In this document: piece after piece, positions 37,167 through 48,226 of the stretch | Numbering within the stretch: the stretch's first letter is position 1 | Layout of the letters: the number at the start of each line of letters is the position of its first letter | DNA from: Macrostomum hystrix | Lineage: Eukaryota > Animalia > Platyhelminthes | Assembly: GCA_950097015.1 (NCBI GenBank) | Contig: CATNEN010000009.1 | Location: 992,001 to 1,056,000 of the forward strand | DNA: 64,000 bases | Direction: 5' to 3' | Made by a program: the position numbers and the translations under genes | Notes under the pieces: generated by a model | The model's database searches: none | What the model saw: only the letters and a program-made list of their open reading frames with translations | Told to the model about the DNA's origin: nothing

Positions 37167-37910
37167 GTTTGACTGACCTTCTGAGCTCTTTGAACTCTAA
37201 AATGAGAAGCGAGCAGCCGTGGGTGCCATTCAGACTGAGCGGGTGGGTGCGCAGTCTTATAACAGACAGGAAGAGAGCATCAAGTTAGAAAAGAAAGGAC
37301 AGGCTTGGTGTGAGCTGCATCGGGCTCACATGCTGCGGGGCCCACCCCTTCATATCGGTAGGTGCGTTTCACTCCCATGGATGGGCACTACAAGCTGAGG
37401 TCTGTAGCTCTGAGCGGATGCTAAACTACTAGAGCTCTTTATCTGTATTTCTGGTGCACTCATTGCGAGACTTTTGCTCGGCCACAGCATGAATTTTATA
37501 TGGACATTTTATTATACTCACTCAAGCTTTACACTCGTTCACGGTCACCCAGGTGCAGGCAATGGAGGCCTTTGTGTGTGTGTTTGTGTGCGTGTGTTTG
37601 TGTGTGTGTGCGTGTATTGTTTGTTCCTGAAGGGCTGAAATGCCTTGAGCTGCCTGGACAATGACCTAATTGCTAAACTCCGCGAAATTCGTTAGCACTA
37701 GACTAACCAGGCTCAGCCCCGCAGTGTTTTGGGGGGAAGTACCTTTAATTTCACAACCAACAGACAATTCGCTTGCTGTGGGGTACCTGTGGGGTACCAG
37801 TCGTACCAGAACAAATTGTCGCAGGTGAGCAAAGTTTTGAGCACACGGAGCACAGAACTAGAACTAGCAATGAGGCGGATGCAGCTGGCGGTTACTGAAC
37901 CGAGACTCAC

Positions 37911-38020
37911 CTGCTATTTGAGTCGCTCTGCGGTGCTCAGAAATGTGAGCAGTCCTCGCACTGGCCAAGTGGCGAGAAGCGCTTTATACTCTGCTTCCAC
38001 TCGGCCTCAGCCCGTCCAAT
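37911..38020 (-). promoter_or_regulatory. CCAAT + TATA promoter and non-coding first exon of EGFR-A
   Basis: On the minus strand: GATTGG (38016-38021), TATAAA (37988-37983) and donor CAG|GTGAGT at 37911/37910. Acceptor CAG at 37183-37181 or 37175-37173, just before the ATG. Confidence 0.6.
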
Positions 38021-38537
38021 CAGGCGCCTCGCAGTGGCCCGGGATGCTAATTTGGCGGCGAAGGTAATCTTCACTGTTGTTAGCAACACGTGAGTTGCTT
38101 CTCAAAGTGGGTGCAATTGTTTCACATGCCAAGTCAGTTCAATACAAAAAAATGTCTCAATTAAGATTTTTAGCTAATTGCTTTTAGAGAATTCGAATTT
38201 GTGCCATTGTGGCAGGGAGGGAAATCGCTAATGCACAGAATCGCCTATTGTTTACTGTTCCGACAGGCAGCAGGCAATGTCTGCTTTTAGCTTTTACGGA
38301 TTAACAATGGGGTCCGACTGTCTGATGCTCTTTTCATTCCTGAGGCCCAAACTGCGCGTGGGCGGTACAAGTGCAATGCCAATTGCTTTGATCGAATGAT
38401 ATTAGCGGATATTGGTTTCACAATGGACTGCCATCAACATCCATTTCAATGATTGAATTCCGGCTTCAGACAGAGACCCGTGACAGAAATAGTTGAGCGT
38501 CTGTGCGTGACTGACCAGGTCCACATATTTCAGTTAA

Positions 38538-39726
38538 CATTACCATTGCTATCGCCAGTACCATTATTACCATTACCATCGCCAGTACCATTATTACCAT
38601 TGCCATCGCCAGTACCATTATTACCATTACCATCGCCAGTACCATTATTACCACTGCCATCGCCAGTACCATTATTACCATTACCATCGCCATTACCATT
38701 ATTACCATTGCCATCGCCATTACCATTATTACCATTACCATCGCCAGTACCATTATTACCATTGCCATCGCCAGTACCATTATTACCATTACCATCGCCA
38801 TTACCATTATTACCATTACCATCGCCAGTACCATTATTACCATTACCATCGCCAGTACCATTATTACCATTGCCATCGCCAGTACCATTATTACCATTAC
38901 CATCGCCAGTACCATTATTACCATTACCATCGCCATTACCATTATTACCATTGCCATCGCCAGTACCATTATTACCATTACCATCGCCAGTACCATTATT
39001 ACCATTACCATCGCCAGTACCATTATTACCATTGCCATCGCCATTACCATTATTACCATTGCCATCGCCAGTACCATTATTACCATTACCATCGCCAGTA
39101 CCATTATTACCATTACCATCGCCAGTACCATTATTACCATTGCCATCGCCAGTACCATTATTACCATTACCATCGCCAGTACCATTATTACCATTGCCAT
39201 CGCCAGTACCATTATTACCATTACCATCGCCAGTACCATTATTACCATTGCCATCGCCATTACCATTATTACCATTGCCATCGCCAGTACCATTATTACC
39301 ATTGCCATCGCCATTACCATTATTACCATTGCCATCGCCAGTACCATTATTACCATTACCATCGCCATTACCATTATTACCATTGCCATCGCCATTACCA
39401 TTATTACCATTGCCATCGCCAGTACCATTATTACCATTACCATCGCCATTACCATTATTACCATTACCATCGCCATTACCATTATTACCATTGCCATCGC
39501 CATTACCATTATTACCATTGCCATCGCCAGTACCATTATTACCATTACCATCGCCATTACCATTATTACCATTACCATCGCCAGTACCATTATTACCATT
39601 GCCATCGCCATTACCATTATTACCATTGCCATCGCCAGTACCATTATTACCATTGCCATCGCCAGTACCATTATTACCATTACCATCGCCAGTACCATTA
39701 TTACCATTGCCATCGCCATTACCATT
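38538..39726. repeat. 27-bp minisatellite, ~44 copies
   Basis: Unit CCAGTACCATTATTACCATTGCCATCG, built from ACCATT-like subunits. Confidence 0.97.
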
Positions 39727-40003
39727 TTGCTAGAGTCTCCAAACAGCCACAACTACTCAGGTTCGCTTGAACTTTCGTTTTAAATTGGTAATCTGAATGG
39801 TACGCAGGCCTCTGAGAAACTGCATTTTTACTGTCAAGCTAAAAAAATGCACATGTAAAAACATAAAACTTTCCGTTTCAAGCTTGTTGAGTTTTACTAC
39901 TAAGAGTAACAACACTTGAGCATGAGTCCTGCGCAAAAATGTAATTCTGCGTTACACCAATTCTGAACCGATAAGCGGTGACTTCGTCAATTCTCTGCAG
40001 CAA

Positions 40004-40651
40004 AGTGATTGGCTAGTCATCCCTAACAGTGATTGGCTACTCATCTCTAGCAGTGATTGGCTACTCATCCCTAACAGTGATTGGCTAGTCATCCCTAACA
40101 GTGATTGGCTAGTCATCCCTAACAGTGATTGGCTACTCATCCCTAACAGTGATTGGCTACTCATCCCTAAACTTATCCCTAACAGTGATTGGCTAGTCAT
40201 CCCTAACAGTGATTGGCTAGTCATCCCTAACAGTGATTGGCTAGTCATCCCTAACAGTGATTGGCTACTCATCCCTAACAGTGATTGGCTACTCATCCCT
40301 AACAGTGATTGGCTACTCATCCCTAACAGTGATTGGCTAGTCATCCCTAACAGTGATTGGCTACTCATCCCTAACAGTGATTGGCTACTCATCCCTAAAC
40401 TTATCCCTAACAGTGATTGGCTAGTCATCCCTAACAGTGATTGGCTAGTCATCCCTAACAGTGATTGGCTACTCATCCCTAACAGTGATTGGCTACTCAT
40501 CCCTAACAGTGATTGGCTACTCATCCCTAACAGTGATTGGCTACTCATCCCTAACAGTGATTGGCTACTCATCCCTAACAGTGATTGGCTACTCATCCCT
40601 AACAGTGATTGGCTACTCATCCCTAAACTTATCCCTAACAGTGGTTGGCTA
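40004..40651. repeat. 24-bp minisatellite, ~27 copies
   Basis: Unit CAGTGATTGGCTA(C/G)TCATCCCTAA. Confidence 0.97.
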
Positions 40652-40699
40652 GCACTTTAGCACTAGGCTTTGAGGGGGCAATAGATTTCATGAGCTGTC

Positions 40700-41300
40700 A
40701 GGATGGTCGCACTGAGTAGATCAGCGAGATCGTCTACTTCCTGACAGGTGGCAGGAACGACGGTTTCTAACTGGTTAGTCTGGCGCTTCACGGAGTCCGC
40801 ACAGTCAGTGTCGGGGCGTTCCTTTTCCACAGAATACCAGGCTTGGAGTAGGAGCTTTGCAACCGGAAGCGAATGAAGCGATGGTCAGACAGAGATTCCT
40901 CTTCGTCCCACACCTGCCAGCCCCTGATCAGAGGGATCAGGCCCTGAGAGACGAGGGTGGCGTCAAGGACCTCCGTTCACCGCCCATTGTCAAAGGTGGG
41001 TGTGCCACTTGTGTTGCAGAACTCAATATTAGTTGTTCAGATGTACGTAAGGCGATCCTCACCTCTGCAGTTGGAAGTAGCACTGCCCCAGTGGGTGAGG
41101 TGGGCGTTAATGTTGCCCGCCACCAGCAGCTTAAAGTTACGAACTTGTCCACAAGGAAAGTGAGACTGGGCGGAACTGCGGGACCATGACCAGAAATTTA
41201 GATAGAGGCGATGATTACGGTGCGGTTCGGGAGAATTTGGTTAGGTGTCTGAATCTCATTACAGAGGTGTCTGTCAGAGCGGTCCGGTAACTTTTGAGTT
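40700..41300 (-). mobile_element. Decayed non-LTR retrotransposon fragment (APE-type endonuclease, R1/LOA/I-group-like)
   Basis: Manual minus-strand translation of 41137-40860 gives NFKLLVAGNINAHLTHWGSATSNCRGEDRLTYI*TTNIEFCNTSGTPTFDNGR*TEVLDATLVSQGLIPLIRGWQVWDEEESLSDHRFIRF. This carries the GD(N)xNAH..WGS, N..G.PTF, LD.TL and SDH motifs of LINE endonucleases, with two in-frame stops. Outer limits approximate. Confidence 0.85.
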
Positions 41301-41565
41301 GCCATGCAGCACTCTTGTAGCACTTTTTATACTATTTCTACGCAGTTTTACTCGGTTTCCTCTGATTTGCGCAGCTGATCCGTGTCTTCGTTGCTTTTTG
41401 ATTGAATATGGCATAGAAGGCCATTTAGATTTTTGCCCTCATTTCTGTACCAGAATCTTAGCTCTCCCCTTCTGACAGCCTCCTGATCCTCATCTGTTCC
41501 ACTGTCTTCCCCTTCCTGATCCCGTTCTGCCACTGCCTTCCCCTTCCTGATCCATCAGCTGCTTA

Positions 41566-43512
41566 ATCTACCAGCTCCCTGATCTGCCAGCTCCCTGATC
41601 TACCAGCTCCCTGATCTGCCAGCTCCCTGATCTGCCAGCTCCCAGATCTGCCAGCTCCCTGATCTACCAGCTCCTTGATGTACCAGCTCCCTGATCTAGC
41701 AGCTCCCTGATCTACCAGCTCCCTGATCTACCAGCTCCCTGATCTACCAGCTCCCTGATCTGCCAGCTCCCTGATCTACCAGCTCCCTGATCTAGCAGCT
41801 CCCTGATCTACCAGCTCCCTGATCTACCAGCTCCCTGATCTACCAGCTCCTTGATGTACCAGCTCCCTGATCTGCCAGCTCCCTGATCTACCAGCTCCCT
41901 GATCTGCCAGCTCCCTGATCTAGCAGCTCCCTGATCTACCAGCTCCCTGATCTACCAGCTCCCTGATCTACCAGCTCCCTGATCTGCCAGCTCTCTGATC
42001 TGCCAGCTCTCTGATCTGCCAGCTCCCAGATCTGCCAGCTCCCTGATCTACCAGCTCCCTGATCTGCCAGCTCCCTGATCTACCAGCTCCCTGATCTAGC
42101 AGCTTCCTGACCTACCAGCTCCCTGATCTACCAGCTCCCTGATCTACCAGCTCCCTGATCTGCCAGCTCCCTGATCTACCAGCTCCCTGATCTAGCAGCT
42201 CCCTGATCTACCAGCTCCCTGATCTACCAGCTACCTGATCTACCAGCTCCCTGATCTACCAGCTCCCTGATCTACCAGCTCCCTGATCTACCAGCTCCCT
42301 GATCTGCCAGCTCTCTGATCTGCCAGCTCTCTGATCTACCAGCTCCCAGATCTGCCAGCTCCCTGATCTACCAGCTCCCTGATCTGCCAGCTCCCTGATC
42401 TACCAGCTCCCTGATCTAGCAGCTTCCTGACCTACCAGCTCCCTGATCTACCAGCTCCCTGATCTACCAGCTCCCTGATCTGCCAGCTCCCTGATCTACC
42501 AGCTCCCTGATCTAGCAGCTCCCTGGTCTACCAGCTCCCTGATCTAGCAGCTCCCTGATCTACCAGCTCCCTGATCTACCAGCTCCCTGATCTACCAGCT
42601 CCCTGATCTACCAGCTCCCTGATCTGCCAGCTCCCTGATCTACCAGCTCCCTGATCTAGCAGCTCCCTGGTCTACCAGCTCCCTGATCTAGCAGCTCCCT
42701 GATCTACCAGCTCCCTGATCTACCAGCTCCCTGATCTACCAGCTCCCAGATCTGCCAGCTCCCTGATCTACCAGCTCCCTGATCTGCCAGCTCCCTGATC
42801 TACCAGCTCCCTGATCTAGCAGCTTCCTGACCTACCAGCTCCCTGATCTACCAGCTCCCTGATCTACCAGCTCCCTGATCTGCCAGCTCCCTGATCTGCC
42901 AGCTCCCTGATCTACCAGCTCCCTGATCTAGCAGCTTCCTGACCTACCAGCTCCCTGATCTACCAGCTCCCTGATCTACCAGCTCCCTGATCTACCAGCT
43001 CCCTGATCTACCAGCTCCCTGATCTACCAGCTCCCTGATCTGCCAGCTCTCTGATCTGCCAGCTCTCTGATCTACCAGCTCCCAGATCTGCCAGCTCCCT
43101 GATCTACCAGCTCCCTGATCTGCCAGCTCCCTGATCTACCAGCTCCCTGATCTAGCAGCTTCCTGACCTACCAGCTCCCTGATCTACCAGCTCCCTGATC
43201 TACCAGCTCCCTGATCTGCCAGCTCCCTGATCTACCAGCTCCCTGATCTGCCAGCTCCCTGATCTACCAGCTCCCTGATCTAGCAGCTCCCTGGTCTACC
43301 AGCTCCCTGATCTACCAGCTCCCTGATCTACCAGCTCCCTGATCTACCAGCTCCCTGATCTACCAGCTCCCTGATCTACCAGCTCCCTGATCTACCAGCT
43401 ACCTGATCTACCAGCTGCCTAATCTAATCCAATCTAATCTAATCCAATCTAATCTAATCCAATCTAATCTAATCCAATCTAATCTAATCCAATCTAATCT
43501 AATCTAATCCAA
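41566..43512. repeat. 16-bp minisatellite (~116 copies) followed by an (AATCT/AATCC)n tract
   Basis: Unit ATCT(A/G)CCAGCTCCCTG to ~43420, then pentamer repeats to 43512. Confidence 0.97.
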
Positions 43513-43990
43513 TGCCTAAGTGAGCTTGTATTGCACCATTAGTATTAGCATTGTGAACCGTTGTTTGACTAGAGCGAAGTAAACAAGTTGTTGTATTTCA
43601 GTATTTTCTGGCGACATGGCGGCATGATTAGCATATCAGAAAAGCTAGTCAAAACGTCTGACCTTGTTTTCTGCCTAAGAGTTTGCGCAAGCTAAATAAG
43701 GCTCTCACTTTTTGTGCAATTGCCAAAACGGAAATTGCGCGTCCTTCGAAAGCCATATTAAACAGCGTTTCTGGGCCAGGTGGCTATAGGTGTCCATCCA
43801 AATATCACGAGAGACTGCGCAGAACGTCTCATTAAATTTTTAATTTACTGCTTCGGAGACCCCACAGAGTGCTACATGTGAAGCCCATTGGTTTTCTAGT
43901 TCGTAATTATAGGAGGCCAAATATAGATATGAAAAACGGAGCAAGCCTAGAAATAGAATAGAAATAGCCAATACACCCAAATGTTTTCAT

Positions 43991-44554
43991 TTGACATCTC
44001 ACACAGTCAGGACCATTCAATTGACATCCCACACAGTCAAGACCATTCAATTGGCATCCCACACAGTCAAGACGATTCAATTGACATCTCACACAGTCAG
44101 GACCATTCAATTGACATCCCACACAGTCAAGACCATTCAATTGACATCTCACACGGTCGGGACCATTCAATTGACATCCCACACAGTCAGGACCATTCAA
44201 TTGACATCCCACACAGTCAGGACCATTCAATTGACATCCCACACAATCAGGACCATTCAATTGACATCCCACACAGTCAGGACCATTCAATTGGCATCCC
44301 ACACAGTCAAGACCATTCAATTGGCATCCCACACAGTCAAGACCATTCAATTGGCATCCCACACAGTCAAGACCATTCAATTGGCATCCCACACAGTCAA
44401 GACCATTCAATTGGCATCCCACACAGTCAAGACCATTCAATTGGCATCCCACACAGTCAAGACGATTCAATTGACATCTCACACAGTCAGGACCATTCAA
44501 TTGACATCCCACACAGTCAAGACCATTCAATTGACATCTCACACGGTCGGGACC
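43991..44554. repeat. 30-bp minisatellite, ~19 copies
   Basis: Unit TTGACATCCCACACAGTCAGGACCATTCAA, ending ~420 bp upstream of the EGFR-B ATG. Confidence 0.97.
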
Positions 44555-44971
44555 TATCATTTGCCACCCCATGCACGCAGTTATAATCAGTCAGTCTCAC
44601 ACCGACTGCAAAAATCTGCTTGACTTTTGCTCTACAGAAAGTACAACCGCGAGGGCTCCGAGAGTGCGCTATTCACGCAGCCAATGAGAGCCCAGAACCA
44701 ACAGCAGCCAGTAAAGCAACAGAATTTTGGCGTTATTGGGCTGCAACTCGACCCGCCTCTCCCAGTGGATTCGCTCTGCTTGTGAAGAAAGGCATTTAAG
44801 CGCTCTCCTCGATACAAGCGTAGAAGAGAAGAACGTTACCAGAATTTCATTTCTGAATCTGGGCGTCAAAGATTCACTTCTAAGAGACTTTCGCAACACA
44901 GACAGGAGCAGCAACAATCTTCTGACTGAAGAAAGTTACTCAGCACGATAGCCTTCAGGTGTCAACTTTCG

Positions 44972-47900
44972 ATGACAACCAGAATGCTCAAGCTGCTGAT
45001 TCTGCAGCTCCTCACAGCGCTTGCATCTTGCAGACAGCCACTGGGCTCCGACAGTCGCCGTTGCACCACCATCATCATCAGTGACGGTCAGTACCAGAGC
45101 CACCGCAACGTCACGCGGCTGAATGAGGAGCTCAAAGCTAAAGTGGCCGGGTGCCAGTACGTGATCGGCGACCTTTTCCTCGAGAAAATCGGGGTCGATC
45201 AAGATTCATATGAACCCATCGACGAAGTCCGCAAACTTCGGACGGACTTTCTCGACTCCATCGTCGAGATCAGCGGACGGTTGATCATCAAGTATGTCAA
45301 CCTGGAGCGCATCACCTTGCGCAACCTGCGCATCATTCGCGGCTACAACATCCAGAATGAGGTCGATTTCTTCGCAATGGAAATCTGGCAGTTGAGATAC
45401 CCAACCCGACTGGAGCTGCCCAAGCTGAGCGCCATCCTGCAAGGCAGCGTCAAAACTGTCGGAACGTTGCATGCGGACCTGTACTGCCATTTGACTCGCA
45501 GCGTGAACTGGACGAGTCTATTCAACATATCGTCACAAATATTCCATGGAAACTCGTACGAAATGGCTTTCGGCAAACAGCTGATAAGAGTCAATGAGTT
45601 CGATGAGATCGAGAGGGCCTGCAGTTCAGTACTGAATTGCAGTAGCAGCTGCCACACTGAAAGGTCTGGTCGACAGCTCTGCTGGTCCGACGGGCAAGAC
45701 GGCTGCCAGAGCTTCAACGGATGTCTCAAGCGACCGTGCCGAAATTGCTACCGACATCCCCAAACACGCACCGAGGAGTGTTGCAACACCGACTGTCTCG
45801 GCGGCTGCTCCGACCGACCTGATGGCTGTTTCTCGTGCAGTGAAGTCATTCTGAATGGTGTCTGCAAGGGAAAGTGTCCACGCAAGTCGGACCCGAACCC
45901 TGGCACGAACAGGGTCGAAGGTTCCGACTCTAGCATGAAGCAGGTGGGCCACATCTGCGTTAACAAGTGCGAGATGCCGTTTCTCACGAGCTCCAACGAA
46001 GAGCACTGCTTGAGCGAGTGTCCTCAGACTGAGTATCCGTACCAAGGTGTCTGCAAAAAATGCAACCAGTCGTCTTGCAAGTCATGCACGATCGGAAATC
46101 GAATCATGAGTGATTATCAGGCACAGATGCTCAAGAATAGAAACTGCACGACCTGGCGAACGGACGAATCCTTGGATGTCAACGCCGACAAGCTGAGCAG
46201 CAAGGCCAGTTTAATGACTTTAGAGCAACTGAAAAATTTCCATGGAATTCTCATGATTAAAAGAACGGATCGTCTAGTTCCGAATATAAGATTTCTTAGA
46301 AACTTGCAGCTTGTCTCGGGTGACCTTCAGGTGCTGATGATGAAAGCAACATACATTGGCCTCGCCAAGCTCCGATTCGCAAAACGCCTGTTGCTGAAGG
46401 AAATCAGCGGTCTGTGCAAGGCTTGGTACCCCAGCAACAGAATTCATGAAATCATGGAGGTAACCAAGGAGTTTCAGATAACCGTCATAAACATCAGCTT
46501 CGACATCTCGAGCGAAGTGTGCCGAAATGCTGCCTGCGACCCTCAGTGCAGAGACGAGTGCTGGGGACCCGGACCGGACATGTGCGTGGCCTGCAGGAAC
46601 TTCGAGGTGGACGGTCGCTGTCATGCCACGTGCAAGCATGCAGGCCGATATCAGCTAGGCTCCTCGTGTCTGCCGTGCCACAGTGAGTGCGACGGCGGCT
46701 GCAGCGGTCCGAGCGCTTCCGAGTGCGAGCGATGCCGAAACCTGAAGGAGGACGACAAGTGCGTGGCCTCCTGCAGTCGAGAAATGCGCGCGAGCTCAAA
46801 GGGCGTCTGCTACTCGGTGGCGACAGCGAGGCTCTTTGCTGTCGGCATCGGTGTCGGCCTGCTGATTCTGCTGCTGCTGCTGCTGCTGCCGCTCGCCTAC
46901 CTGCACTACCGCAAGCGAATGCGAAAGTACGAGATGGTCGACCTGGACGAGTACCTGAAGGATCCGAGCAATCCGAGCGACATGGCGAAGCTGCTGATTG
47001 TGAACGACGACGATGTGGTGAAGCAGAAGGAGATCGGCAGCGGCGCGTTCGGCACCGTGTACAAGGGCATTCTGAGGTCCAGCACAAACAAGGGAGTGCG
47101 CGAGCTGCCTGTGGCCATCAAGGTGTTGCGCGGTCACAGTCCGAAGCTGGGACAGGAGCTGCTGAATGAGGCGAGTGTCCTGGCCAGAGTGCAGCATCCG
47201 TGCTGCATCCGGCTGGTGGCTCTGTGCCTGACCCAGGAGCCGCAGCTGATCACGGCGCTGATGCCTCGAGGCTGTCTGCTGGAGTTCCTGCGAACTCACC
47301 ACAACCAAATCGGAGCGGAGCGAATGCTGCGTTGGGGCCTGCAGGTGGCAGAGGGCATGGAGTACCTGGAGTCTCTCGGCATTGTCCACCGCGACCTGGC
47401 TGCTCGAAACGTGCTGCTTCAGTCTCCGGATCAGGTCCGCATCACGGACTTCGGTCTGGCTCGCCTGCTGAACCTGTCGGAGGGCGAGTTCGTCCAGACT
47501 GCGGGCCTCCTGCCAGTGAAGTGGCTCGGCGTGGAGTGCTTCGAGTCCGGACTGTTTAGCCACAAGTCGGATGTGTGGAGCTACGGAGTGCTTCTGTGGG
47601 AGATCTGCACCTTCGGCGAGTCGCCCTACAACCCGTACGGAATTCGGTCGGTCGAGGACATCACAGGACTGCTGAAGAAGGGCATCCGACTGAACCAGCC
47701 CGACATCTGCAGCATCGACTTCTACAACATCCTGCTGAGCTGCTGGCTGCCTCAGCCGGAGTCTCGACCGAGCTTCCGCGACTTGGTGGACACAATGACC
47801 GAGTGCCTGAATATTCCGTCCAAGTACATTGCCCAGGGCTACAGCATCGCTGATCCGGAGATGGGCACCGATGATGCCTTCGGCGATGTCAACGAGATGT

Positions 47901-48226
47901 CCCTGTCGTCGCTGGCGCAAAAGAGCGGTGGCGACCGCAGGTTCGTTTGCAGTCACGACAAGCACGGCAAGGAGCTGAACAAATACATTTCGTATCCCAG
48001 CCGCAGCTATTCGAAGAAGCATCAGCACTCTCCTGAGCGTCGGAGTTCCAGCAAGGCCAGCGAAAGCTCCAAGCTGCTGTGCCGTCGAGTCGGCGTTCAG
48101 TCCGAGCCGGACGACTATCTGACTCCAACATCGCAGAGCGGCGTTAATGGAAGCAGCGAAGGCGCTGATGCAGACAACGGAGCGTCGAGGGACTTGGATG
48201 ACTACCTGACACCGAAGAAGGTCTGA
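44972..48226 (+). CDS. EGFR: EGFR/ErbB-family receptor tyrosine kinase, paralog B (1084 aa, intronless CDS)
   Basis: Same domain order and kinase motifs as A. A CCTTCAG acceptor lies 13 nt before the ATG. The tail has two DDYLTP motifs. Confidence 0.97.
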   Translation: MTTRMLKLLILQLLTALASCRQPLGSDSRRCTTIIISDGQYQSHRNVTRLNEELKAKVAGCQYVIGDLFLEKIGVDQDSYEPIDEVRKLRTDFLDSIVEISGRLIIKYVNLERITLRNLRIIRGYNIQNEVDFFAMEIWQLRYPTRLELPKLSAILQGSVKTVGTLHADLYCHLTRSVNWTSLFNISSQIFHGNSYEMAFGKQLIRVNEFDEIERACSSVLNCSSSCHTERSGRQLCWSDGQDGCQSFNGCLKRPCRNCYRHPQTRTEECCNTDCLGGCSDRPDGCFSCSEVILNGVCKGKCPRKSDPNPGTNRVEGSDSSMKQVGHICVNKCEMPFLTSSNEEHCLSECPQTEYPYQGVCKKCNQSSCKSCTIGNRIMSDYQAQMLKNRNCTTWRTDESLDVNADKLSSKASLMTLEQLKNFHGILMIKRTDRLVPNIRFLRNLQLVSGDLQVLMMKATYIGLAKLRFAKRLLLKEISGLCKAWYPSNRIHEIMEVTKEFQITVINISFDISSEVCRNAACDPQCRDECWGPGPDMCVACRNFEVDGRCHATCKHAGRYQLGSSCLPCHSECDGGCSGPSASECERCRNLKEDDKCVASCSREMRASSKGVCYSVATARLFAVGIGVGLLILLLLLLLPLAYLHYRKRMRKYEMVDLDEYLKDPSNPSDMAKLLIVNDDDVVKQKEIGSGAFGTVYKGILRSSTNKGVRELPVAIKVLRGHSPKLGQELLNEASVLARVQHPCCIRLVALCLTQEPQLITALMPRGCLLEFLRTHHNQIGAERMLRWGLQVAEGMEYLESLGIVHRDLAARNVLLQSPDQVRITDFGLARLLNLSEGEFVQTAGLLPVKWLGVECFESGLFSHKSDVWSYGVLLWEICTFGESPYNPYGIRSVEDITGLLKKGIRLNQPDICSIDFYNILLSCWLPQPESRPSFRDLVDTMTECLNIPSKYIAQGYSIADPEMGTDDAFGDVNEMSLSSLAQKSGGDRRFVCSHDKHGKELNKYISYPSRSYSKKHQHSPERRSSSKASESSKLLCRRVGVQSEPDDYLTPTSQSGVNGSSEGADADNGASRDLDDYLTPKKV

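Noticed and set aside
38453-39752. 426-aa Pro/Leu and 428-aa Met/Val ORFs
   Set aside because: Stop-free frames of a 27-bp repeat on both strands, with no splice or codon support.
39952-44623. Repeat ORFs (MSSQSLLG)n, (CQLNGxDCVG)n and (HSQDHSIDIP)n, also 63220-63972 and 8404-9207
   Set aside because: Each is just the translation of a tandem array whose unit length is a multiple of 3, or of a low-complexity MITE interior.
46796-48028. Long antisense ORFs over the EGFRs (also 61278-62447, 34554-35162) and over RPL18A/NRBP
   Set aside because: Shadow frames expected from GC3-rich codon usage; they repeat only because the sense genes are duplicated.
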